Source: Catajapyx aquilonaris
Taxonomy: Eukaryota
Assembly: GCA_000934665.2 (NCBI GenBank)
Contig: KZ538158.1
Coordinates: forward strand, 1 to 64,000
Reading direction: 5' to 3'
DNA: 64,000 nucleotides
The notes below the pieces were generated by a model. That model was not told the DNA's origin. It did not search any database and saw only the letters and a list, made by a program, of their open reading frames with translations. This document shows, in pieces, positions 23,640 to 34,373 of the stretch. Position numbers and translations under genes: made by a program. How positions within the stretch are numbered: position 1 is the first letter of the stretch; the number at the start of each line of letters is the position of its first letter.

Positions 23640-24400
23640 GTATGTAATCATTTCTGCCCAGTTCTCCTATATTCTCAGCACAACATGTTGCAATGCAGTC
23701 CACCTTTCTTGCAGTGGCAAGTCATTTCACACCTTATCTAGCAACATCTTCACCCGGCCTTCCAGATTCTTCGTAACTCTCTTCAAATTTATGGACCATG
23801 GAAGCAAAATCAACATTGCTTTATGTTAAAGGACAAGAGTGAATTTCATTGAAAAGCTTGAGTAGCCACATCTATTGCAATGACATCTTTATGTGGATTA
23901 CTCATGCATGTCCTCTGGCATGCAAAGGTCATTACAAGAGCATGCAACCATCAAGCTTATCTGCAATTTTGTGCTTCAGGCTGATTTTTCATATCTTCCT
24001 CAGGCCATTCTTGACTTTCAGTCAGAATTGTCTCTCCTGCTGTGGCAAAAAATTTACCAGTACACTTTCTCTCATATTATCTTCTTATTTAGCCTTTGAA
24101 CAATACTCTACACTGATTGAAAAGTAGGGTGTGAAAATACCTGCTAGTGCAGGAAAGGTGTACTGCATTCTTCCAAAAGGTGCAGAGAGGGCACAGGTAA
24201 TCTCGCAACAAAAGTACGGAGAGATATCAAAGACGACCTTAACATCGATGAAGTTAATGATCCAGATGATTTTATGGTACAGGAGTGGACTAGTGTTCTA
24301 GAAGAAATGCTAGTGACAAAAGAACCACTGCAAAATACATCAAGGGTCAACAAAGGTGCAAATATGCAAATACCAGCACCTGAGAAGCCATTATGAATGC
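23640..24400 (+). mobile_element. Decayed Academ-like C-terminal relic (XPG-type nuclease plus Cys-rich tail)
   Basis: TTCCNAV..SGKSF (GCD..GK-like), MQPSS..FRL (LPPT..H..R-like), GCENTC*CRKGVLHSSKRCREGTGN (Cys-rich finger) and an acidic tail, in the expected order with stops and frameshifts. Confidence 0.5.
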
Positions 24401-24772
24401 TGGAACATTTAGTAATCATAATACTAATCGTAATTCATCCGAAAAAATGATATCGATTCACAGCATAGAATTACACTCTAAGCTCTACAATTTTTAAGGG
24501 GCTCATTTTTATGTTTTTCTATTGCCACAGGTTATGTGTAACACTTTGCTCGAATAATAATAATAAGTCTCAAAAAAGTGTGTTGAAAGACATTTTGTCC
24601 AACAGAATTCTCACCCAATGTACCTTTTTGTTTGATATTGATGCCGTAGGATTAAAATGGTTCTGGCAAAATAGCATAATACCTTGCTTCACCAAGGATC
24701 TAACTTTCACCTTGCAACCTGCAGTACTCAGTCAGCAGCATTTACGTGTAGTCTTGCTGGTACAAAACCTAC

Positions 24773-25135
24773 CCTAAATGAGATCTCCAGGTTCTCTCCA
24801 CCCCATATCTCCATTCCTTGGTCATACTCGCCCAGTTCCTCAAAGTACTTCCTGTCTATGGCAAAAAGTCCGCCAGCCATGGTTGGAGAACGGATGGGCC
24901 TGACAAAGTCCTCGTCCTTCTGCAGCAGGCCTAATGGCACATTGTCCCACTTGAAATGCAATCCCCAGTTGAAGCCCCCTCTCACTATTGGGGAAGGTGT
25001 ATATATGAAAGTGTCTGAATTGATGATGTCGATAATGGGGGTGACCACATTCGTGCGATTCAAGGCAATCTGCTGAAGAAGTGGCTGCAGCCAGTCACGA
25101 TTCACCTCACAGTGGCTGTCCAGAAATACCAGAAC
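24773..25135 (-). CDS. GALNT11: GALNT11-like, coding exon 5 (catalytic core)
   Basis: cag|[11 protein letters not shown] (DxH motif)..[39 protein letters not shown]|gtaggt; 363 nt. Confidence 0.97.
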
Positions 25136-25340
25136 CTGGGCAGATAAAATGGTTCCAATAAAAATCCTCATCAACACGCTGGAGTAAAATGTTACAACCA
25201 CATATCATTATTGTATTGTACTGTAACTAAATGATATGAATGGGCATGTACAGCTCAAGAGGCATTGCTAATTTGCCACAAAAGGACAATCACATTATTT
25301 ATAGCATGGGATTACATTAGAATATTGTCAGTCAACTTAC

Positions 25341-25471
25341 ATCCCCAGTTGCTCGCCTAGCTCCAAACACTCTGGCCCGGATGAGTCCCTCCCTCCTGCC
25401 AGTCATCATCAGCTTGACATTAGGGGGAAAGTTGGCCTCTGCGTATGCCTTTATCTGACTGTGCAAGTCAT
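25341..25471 (-). CDS. GALNT11: GALNT11-like, coding exon 4
   Basis: cag|(D)DLHSQIKAYAEANFPPNVKLMMTGRREGLIRARVFGARRATGD|gtaagt; REGLIRAR motif; phase 1/0. Not in the ORF track. Confidence 0.95.
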
Positions 25472-25640
25472 CTGCATGTAACAAAAAAGAGTATTATTAC
25501 TGGACATAAAGCAGACATTAATGGGCCACTATCATAAAATTCTTAAAAGCTCGAAAAAATATGTGGAATTTGTCCACATGAGTCCCAAGTATCTGAAACA
25601 TGGCTTGAGTCACAATAAATATTGCAATTATCCTGGTTAA

Positions 25641-26826
25641 CCCTTTGTCTTCCACGGCCATGATGGTTGCATTGTAATAATAATAACAATAATAATAATA
25701 ATAATAATAATAAAAATAAATAATTCATACCCCGTTATCAGCCGGCGGCTCTTTAGGGAGGAAATTATTGTTTTGACTGGAACTCTTTGCTTTTTCATTT
25801 TACTTTTTGGGATAGGATAGGGACGGAAGGAAGCGGCTGCGGCCTGTTGTTACGGAAACGACCCCAGAATTATCCTGGACGGACCGTGGGAAACCACAGA
25901 AAACCACGGTCAGGGTCGCCGGCCCTGGGATTCAAACCCAGGACCTCCTGATTAGCAGGCGGACTCCATATCCACTACACCAACCTGCTTCGGTTTGGTT
26001 GCATTGTAATGCAACCACACAAAATATATTTTTTTTAAATTCACTGATATAACCCTGATGGAAATTTATTTCACCATAAAAACTAGACCAGTTACCTAAG
26101 GCTATGTTCATGAGTATTTACGCCATCAACCTTACTTATTTTTAATGGCATGATGTCAGTGGCCAAAAGTCTCATTCAGAGTAAACAAACACTTACTGCC
26201 TGAATTTAAATCAACATAGCTCCCTGCCGCATATTTCCTGGTAAGTGGATGTGCATTTGAAAACCATTAAAAAATTCCCGAAATTCTGTGGCTTACTTTT
26301 CGCTGAGGAAAAAATCAGAACGAGCTGACATGGGTAGGCAAACACCCCCATCGCCATTTTGGCCTTAAAAAGTGGCCTCGCTCCTAATTGGCCGGGCGGA
26401 CTGCTCTGAGCTCTAGGTGGTGACCGCTTGCCACCTGAGCCACCTTTTTTGCCACTGGCAGTTCACATTACCTCCTTTTAAACCGGACCTTTAAACAATT
26501 TTAAAAGGACACTTAATGTTTTCATAATTCATCAGAGGGAGTGGACACTAATGTAGAATTATCTTGGATTATTCAGAGCCCTGGGTGAAAACCGCCTTTA
26601 AAAAACGCATCGCTGCTGATGATATAGGATGACATAATTTCTCGTGCATAGCATATGATGGCTTCTCGCGTGATGCAACAAAAGTTGGTAGGTCTCTGAC
26701 GCTTTGGCCCCATCTTTTGCATGAATCGAGAGCGAAACCCATGGTGCCAGATACAGTGATTTTCACCTAGAGAGCTATTTTTAAACCCCCACCCAAAGAG
26801 TGTAGAATCCAGCAGGAAGCAAAGGG
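25641..26826. mobile_element. piggyBac-like non-autonomous element with TTAA TSD, containing a SINE
   Basis: TTAA|CCCTTTGTCTTCC ... GGAAGCAAAGGG|TTAA. Confidence 0.65.
25679..25995 (-). mobile_element. tRNA-derived SINE, family B, with 15-bp TSD
   Basis: Reverse complement aligns end to end with 23190-23480; (ATT)n tail; TSD TGGTTGCATTGTAAT at 25664-25678 and 25996-26010. Confidence 0.93.
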
Positions 26827-27125
26827 TTAAAATGTGGAGAAATGGGAAGTGTCCTCAGCCACCTCTTCTATCCTGGTCTTCTTCATTACTCATTATGTCA
26901 TCCGCAACCAGTCAACAATGACAGTGTAAACTGTGGCTACTCATGATGCCATGAACTTGGTCCAGCCATTTCAAACTTTGAAAATCTGATTTTCTGTTTG
27001 TCATGTCAAAATTATTTTTGGACTTTACAGGCTTAGTCGCTTACTTTTTGAAATACAATTTCAAGTTTCAGTTCTTTGGAATGTGGCTGTTTCATGTGAT
27101 TCAAATATATAATTGCTGCACAAAC

Positions 27126-27292
27126 CTCGATCACTGCCGTCATCAACCAGGAGTATTTCATGCAGGTACTTTGGTGGTGTCTGGTCCAGTACACTATGAA
27201 CAGTACGCATCAAGGTATGGAACTCCTCATCATAAAAACACACTATGACTGAAGCAGATGGAAGATTCTCCCTGTAGCGCTGCACTTTGCAT
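27126..27292 (-). CDS. GALNT11: GALNT11-like, coding exon 3
   Basis: cag|(L)CKVQRYRENLPSASVIVCFYDEEFHTLMRTVHSVLDQTPPKYLHEILLVDDGSDR|gtttgt; phase 2/1. Confidence 0.95.
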
Positions 27293-29208
27293 CTGAGGAG
27301 ATGTATGATAAAAAAAGTGAATGTAGAGATAATAGTATCAAAATGCACATCATAAAAACATCAAAGGAGCTGCGCTTCATTGGAACATCTGGTATGGATC
27401 ATTTTTTTAAAGATGTAAGAACGAAAATGGCACATACTGGTATGGACAACCACTTAATTTTCTCATTACCAAAGTATACGATAATGTGGCAACTATTACG
27501 ACAGCAAACAAGTGCGACTGCATTTTCATACCAATGAAATATAATTAAGCATGCTGTGCGTCACAATATTTGTCATTCAAAAGCCTGTATCATGAAGGTG
27601 ATTACAAAAGTTATTTCCCCCAACTATCACCCCATTTCCAGTTTGTTTTTAAAAAAGTGACAGGGTTTGAATTCTTCAATCATGGTGTAATAAAACTCAC
27701 ACTCAGCACCTTTCTCTGGGAGGAACTTGCACAGTGGGACACTTCTAACGTTCTTTGAATATCTGAGGCAAAGATTCTTAGAAAGTCAAAAATGATCACT
27801 GTTGGTGTACAACTTCATGTGATAGAGAGATCATGGAATTGAGAACACCCAATTATATCAGTACACACTACACACTTCATGACAATTGACAGTTGTCATA
27901 TTCCTCCCTGTGCAATATTTTCTCCAATGATCCATACTTCTTTTGCTTTTCGGAATCTGATCACGCCCAAACATCTCATGCAAAGTTATACTGGCAGGGA
28001 TTTGAAATCTGGGAAACCCTTTAGTGAATGGGCTCATGAGCAAAGAATGCTAACAAATAAGACAGGAAACATGCTAGATACCGTACTTATTTGGCTCTAG
28101 GCATGAACATATTTGGTGGAAAAGATGCATAAACTGGAGTACGAATAAAGATATGAAAGCTAGAATGGCAAAACAGTGACAATCAAGTGCTATATACAAA
28201 TACAAGCGTCAAAATATTCTGAGAATGTAATTTTCATAACTTCAAGGGGCCACAGCAAAAGACTGAAAAGTGCAAAAATTAAGTAAAATTCTTCAAGCAA
28301 TGGCAATAAGGCCCTATTCTTTTTAATTGAATCTTGTTTACTAAAATTAACAATGAAGCAAAGTAATGAGGATGACCATTGTAATTCCCCATATTACACT
28401 GAAGAAAGTATTGCACAAGGATTTATTTCATTAAATGTAAAGCCACACTAATCTTTAAAAATTGGGATGAATCTACCATGCTACAATATTTATGATCAAA
28501 AAATGAATAATGTACATTCCAGCTAACTCCTACAGCACTCTCAAGTTCCAAAAAATGTGTTGACCCCAGTTTCTCAGTTGTCACAATTTTTAAATTGCAG
28601 CTTTCACTTTTTACACTCATACTAAGACGTACTCTTTCCCACCTATGTCTTTGTACAGTACATCGAGCCAAATAAGTGTCTGGCAGATTTCCAATCATAT
28701 TTGCCAGCATTCTTTTACACACGTGATGATACAAGCCATTATCTATAAAAATGAATGCAATTAAAGGGCTAAAACCCACTTGAAATAGCATTGTAAAAAA
28801 TCTTACAACCTGCAACAATTCATTCAAGGCATTACCCCATGAATGGGGCAGCCAACGATTATCACCGAATCACATACTCTTCAGGATATCGATAGTCCAC
28901 ACCGCACACAATCAATGAGACGTAAGCACAGCTATTTTACAGATTTCTAAACTTGGTTTAAAATCAACACAAAACTTTCACTTCCTGTAACATGCAATGA
29001 TTTTCTCTTCATCTGACCTCCACTCTCACCCTCCACATTCTCTAGATTTTCAAAATAATTCAGTCGCCTTTTAGCCACAATCAATCTGAATAATCAAGAC
29101 AATATGAGTGGATTGCAAAGATTTGGCCTGTTTAAACCATGATCTCACTGAGCCGTAGTTTAAACTCCACATTCGCAATCCACCTTATCAGTTTGCATAA
29201 AAACTTAC

Positions 29209-29534
29209 AGCTTGTGCCTGGTGTCAGGTATTTGTCGATGATAATCAAGTCTTCTGCTGACCAGCACATTGAAGGAATGGTTCTTGTACCCTTCCTCCCT
29301 AATCCTCAGGTCCTCTGGACTGCGTACCAAGCCCAGCTCCTCTAAGGCTGCATTGTCTATAGGCACTCTCGTGCGCCCTGTCCCAGCCCTACTCTTGCTC
29401 TCGCCACCGCTCTTTTGCCCCGGGATTCTATTGGTCAGCTTGGCCAGGCTCATCTTGTCCTTCGCCTCCTCATCTGGGATTTCATTTGACTCCAGCACAT
29501 TCGCTTCACGACCCAGGCTGGCTTCCATTTCCAC
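29209..29534 (-). CDS. GALNT11: GALNT11-like, coding exon 2 (stem region)
   Basis: cag|VEMEAS..LGLVRSPEDLRIREEGYKNHSFNVLVSRRLDYHRQIPDTRHK|gtaagt; phase 0/2. Confidence 0.93.
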
Positions 29535-29681
29535 CTGCAGAAATCACATTTGTTAAGAACATCTGACTACAACTTTTATCTACTCTTGTCTTATTTTCTT
29601 TTCGACTGACTTCAACCCCGACTTGATGCTCTCAACCAAGGTTCTCTCAACCCAAAGACATTCCTCCAACCTTTCACTCAC

Positions 29682-29813
29682 TTGCATACTTCTCTGCATG
29701 ACATTTTCCGAGTCCGTTGTGAGGTGAATGTACAGGTAAAGGCTGATGATCCATGTGACAGATGCGAACACGATGCCGAAGAGGAAACTCCTGTTCCGCA
29801 GAGCTGAGCCCAT
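29682..29813 (-). CDS. GALNT11: GALNT11-like, coding exon 1 (start and type II signal anchor)
   Basis: MGSALRNRSFLFGIVFASVTWIISLYLYIHL..SMQ|gtgagt, resembling the vertebrate GALNT11 N-terminus. The 8 exons total 1905 nt = 634 aa plus stop. Confidence 0.9.
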
Positions 29814-29833
29814 TGCCTCATACAAAGCACCTG

Positions 29834-29834
<1 letters not shown>

Positions 29835-29886
<52 letters not shown>
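29835..29886. repeat. (ATT)17 microsatellite in the GALNT11 5'UTR intron
   Basis: Direct reading. Confidence 0.95.
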
Positions 29887-29952
29887 GTCACCCCCAGTGT
29901 GAATGATGACCAAATTTCTTCCTACCGGTGTCCTCCAGTGAGGAGGCCTCAC

Positions 29953-30150
29953 CTGTGGATGTGCGTGTGTTTTGGCGATGGGAGGGTGTCGTGTAGACCG
30001 GAGGAGGGAGCGGTCCTGGCCGCCGGAAGCATCAAAGGGAAGCAGCTGCGGTCCTGAATGAAAACAAGCCAGAAGAATAAAAGAAGGCGGCCATCTTGAC
30101 AGAGGGGGTGCCAGCTGAAGCACGCACTTCCAGGGGAGGGCGGGGTGCAA
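29953..30150 (-). promoter_or_regulatory. Probable GALNT11 promoter and non-coding first exon
   Basis: GC-rich stretch; donor CAG|GTGAGG at 29953/29952; YY1-type motif CAAGATGGCCGCC (30086-30098); GC box near 30135-30146. Confidence 0.6.
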
Positions 30151-30464
30151 GGTGGCCAGACGAAGATGCACTTTCACTTTTTGGAAAAGGGCGACTCAAA
30201 GTGGCTGTCGAACATGAGGGGTGAAATAATTAAGCCCATTTTAATTTGTGCATAGCTACAGTTAATTAAAATTGAAACTTGCAAAACATGTGAGATGAGT
30301 GGTTGGCTAGGTGGCCGCTAGAGGCGTTGTACTATACTGATTCCAAAATGGAGCGTGTTTTTCGAAAACTTGTATCATTCGAAATGATCCAGTGTGTCTT
30401 TTCATCTTGGCGTCTACAGCACAGTACATCCACCAGGTATGCATTACGTACATGCACTTGCATA

Positions 30465-30819
30465 GGGGAGGTGTAGATGGCCGAGATGGTAACGTCTCGG
30501 CTTGCTGAGTGAAAGGTCCCGGGTTCGATCCCCGCCTGGGGAACTTTCCTTTCACCTGCGTCAGGAGGGTCTCTGACCTGCACCAAGGAGGTGTCTGGCA
30601 ACCTAGCCTCCTGGGGAACAGCACATGACCCCTTTACCGACATTGCACTTGCACCAATGTTTCCTCCTCAAAAATCCCTATATCCTTACTTCATTGCCCT
30701 TTCATCCTTGCACCGGAGTTAGAAGAAAAATAGAAAATTGAAGGAAAAATGGTGGTATTACACTCCCCTATAAGGGCCTATGGCCCTATCACGGGGTAAA
30801 TAATATTTAAAAAAATAAA
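30465..30819 (+). mobile_element. tRNA-derived SINE, family C, with 16-bp TSD
   Basis: A box TGGCCGAGATGG, B box GGTTCGATCC; TSD TACATGCACTTGCATA at 30449-30464 and 30820-30835; shared 3' stem-loop. Confidence 0.92.
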
Positions 30820-33800
30820 TACATGCACTTGCATATGTGTGGTGTTAGAATAACTGCAGAGTGAATGTCCTTTTTGAGTGTCATTACAAGATATAGTCAA
30901 ATGTTTGCTTGAGAACGTGGTCGCACTGAGTTTTCGAACGTGATCTCATGAACTATGTTAATACCGGTAATATGCAAAGTTTTGTAGAAAATATCGTACT
31001 TCTACTGAGAGCTATATTTTATTACCAAAATTCTTCCAGCCGTTTCATTTATTCGGTTTCGTCGTACTGTACTTTCATTGCTCCAGAGCCATATAAGTCC
31101 GCACATTTAATAATTATTTAGCTTATTTATTATTAATTATTATTAATTATTTAATTATTAATTATTATTTTGCCTCAGCTTATACTATAGAGAAGACTAA
31201 CTTCGAACCTGTTTTTAAATGCTCTAAATGCTCTACGGTCTTTGCCCTAGTTCACCTTAATGTGGGACTTGCTGAGTCCGCCCTAGTCCCGTAATTATAT
31301 CCGATTAAAGACTTGCAACTTTTGAAGCCTACTCAAATATTCATTTAATGTTGCAAGGTGGAAGCACCTCAATATTTAGCCTGCATAATCCTATGCCTTT
31401 ATTCATTTCATACGTAGCGCAATTGTATTATGGCTACAGGGTACATTATAGCAGAGCATGTCACCTGCCTCAGGGCATGAATATTTTTTTCGTGCACGTT
31501 GGCTGGCAGGTCTGTAACCAAACATTGATATAGTCATAGCCAATCTATCTCCAGTCACGTCTTACTTCCTGGAATGGCCATGCGTGTAGTGCACTATCGT
31601 ATATGTAATGCGCGTAACTACCCCGATAGGCCAAGTTATGATCTGTGGGGCACCCATGACGTTTTGAAGGCCGGACTGTCATTGAAGACGACGACGCACC
31701 CTCTCCCCTCTCGGCAGCTGCTCAATAAATTGCTGGGAGGAACCTCTGAAAGAATAATACCCACGGTGTGCATAAATGACGCAGTTCATACGAAAGTGTA
31801 TCATGCTATTTCTCATCCACACCTGCTTGTGCATGCGATTCTTGTTAGTCCATCGATTTTTCTTGTTGGGCTGTACACACGCATATAATGAGTCATAATA
31901 TCCTGAAGTTGATCTAAGCGTATTGTGTTTGCTCCCATGCTGAAGAGTCTAACGATAATTATATATCGAACTGCAACTGCTATACTGTAAGTAGGTCTAT
32001 AATAATGCATATAGCTAAAGTCATCGACTGAGGCACATGAAAGGTACATATTGTTTAACTCATATCAGTAGGAATTTTATTTGTTTCTGGCTCGTTTGGA
32101 GGCAGATGCACAAGATGGAAAAATTACACGTGCGCCTCAAGTTGTTGACAGCAATGGTAGAAGTAACAATAATAACATGTAACCGACTTGCGACGTGCAT
32201 CTTATTTGCACCAGTTTGCTCAACTGATCAAATCAAAAGTGAACATGGTTGACACAGCCCACGGTCAATTGAAGACCTGAAATGCAGTGGCATATTGATC
32301 AAAATTGAGTTAATAGTCATGTCTTTTTGACGCCTGCTTCCTGCTCAGGTTTCTGACGGCAATAATACAGCCACGTAGAAAAATGCTTGGAAAGAGAGGT
32401 TCCATAAGTGGTAATGAAATCTTCAAACTTCAAACGCTCACATAGCTCAATCAATCCATTATAATCATATCTTCAATTACAACTCTTATTGACACCAGGA
32501 ATTATCAACATGACACTAACATTTAGCACGTGTTGGCCTTGTCGGAGGGTGACCTCCACATAATGTAAAATTTACGATCGTCACTCTTCCTCTTCAAGTA
32601 GCTGGTAATATAAAAGGGGAAATCCTGAACTTCATCGATATTTTCAGTAAAAAAGCATGACAACCAATAAATTCTTATGTAATTGAGGATTAATTATTGC
32701 AACACCAATATAGTATTGTAATCTTTTATTAGTGGAATATTAGTTTGAGAAAAATGCTGGCATAATTTTAATAATTACGTGGCAATATATTGTCAGTTAT
32801 AAGTCATGTATGCTCATTTCGGAGAACTAAAAGTGTGCAGAATTATTGCACAATCATGCTGCAAGTTTAATATCCTAAGTCAATACATGTTGCTGTATAT
32901 ATAAATGATGTGCATACAGAGCGCCGCTGTTATTTCTACTTTTGCATTTTAAAAATAATGTAAAGCAGGTGGTATTTCACGTGATATACTCAACCCTCGA
33001 GTGTAATAGATGCTGATGTCACAATGAAAGCCGCTCGGACGTACAGCCTATAGTGCAACTTTAATAGTGCATTTGCGCCAGAGGGCATCCACCACGAGTG
33101 AGGAAATCAAGTTTGTGTCCTCGTTAGAGAGACGACTTTGCAACGAGCCGCATTGTTCATTAATTTCCACTGGGAATCGGGCATGGATGAACTTCCTCTG
33201 AATATAAATGAGATGCGTAAGTAGACTGTACACAGAAGGCATTTAGCTTGCATTGCCCTCTTTTCATGGAGCCAGCATTTATTATAGGCTGCTGAAAACA
33301 CGACAAAAAGTCAAAACAAGTCTGTCATAAGCTTTGTATGATGGACACTATTTTTGCAATATCTTTCCTGCGATAACAGTCTGGCAGCAGAATTTTCCGC
33401 CTTTTATATAACGAAATAAAAAGGCCGCTGGATGATGTCTGCTTGGCTCAGGTTTATATTTAGAGGCGGCTCGTGCGGTCAGATATGTTCTGCTCCGCTG
33501 GCTCATTTCGGCGAAACCATAATCCAAAAAAGTGGTATTATCAGGAGGAAGTGCCCTGGATCGATTGTCGGCTCTGATACCAAGAAAACACATGGGAGGG
33601 ACTGACGGTCTATCAAGTGTCATATTTTCATCACATGAATCATCTGCTAAGTTCGTGGGAGACGAGGACAAGCTGGAGCTTTGGCTCTGCAAAAATTTAT
33701 CAAAAATTTATTTACTAGTAGAGACTCGTTGGTAAATTTTGGTAACACTGCTCCCCCCTCCCCCCCACTTGGACATAGTACATCTCTAGGCAACCCTTGC

Positions 33801-34188
33801 CAAGGTGAAAACTTTTCATTCATTCATTCATTTATTGCAACGATTGTAACATACTGACGCAAAATGTGATTCTGATCGTTCTGCAGATTAGCGTTATATG
33901 TAAATTGAAGCATGCTGTGCTAAGCCGTACGTCACTCGTCATACCCAGCAGCTATATCGTAAGCAGTTATGCAAACATAGATCGGCAACTACTGCCCGCG
34001 CTGCAACAGCATTACAGCGCCGGTCGGAATTGACATGATGAATGATGCATAATGACTAGTGACATGCGCTGCAATCGCGAAGGGAAGTAACAGTGACTTG
34101 ACCCACAGATCTTCTGTTGGTTTTGTGTGGTGTCTGAGGCACCTCCTGGGCTGGCATAGGCTGGGATAGAGTGTGCTGTGGGAGTGGC

Positions 34189-34373
34189 ATGAGTCGGACG
34201 ATCGATTTCGACCATGGCCTTCCTCCTCCTCAGAGTCTTTATGCTACGATCGGAGTGAGCAGCGGAACAGGAACCGGTGCAGGTGACAGACACCTGCAGC
34301 TTTTATTGCGGCGATTCAGTTGCCAAGAAGACCCATCAGAGTCAGATGGAGCTGGCAGGTGGAAAGGACCCAG
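34189..34373 (+). CDS. Candidate upstream exon of the plus-strand gene (coding status uncertain)
   Basis: MSRTIDFDHGLPPPQSLYATIG..LLRRFSCQED..KGP, donor CAG|GTAATG, phase 2; in-frame partner exon not established. Confidence 0.4.

Noticed and set aside
27222..27240. FYDE instead of the usual F(H/Y)NE motif as a sign of inactive GALNT
   Set aside because: Asp occurs at this position in some family members, and the DSH and WGGEN catalytic motifs are intact.
29580..29891. Poly-Asn N-terminal extension of GALNT11, and the poly-Leu ORF on the other strand
   Set aside because: Translation of an intronic (AAT)n repeat from a GTG; the ATG at 29813 gives a normal signal anchor. The 25543-25728 poly-Leu ORF is likewise a SINE tail.
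33348..33692. 114-aa minus-strand ORF with an acceptor-like start
   Set aside because: No recognisable domain and no phase-compatible partner exon identified.
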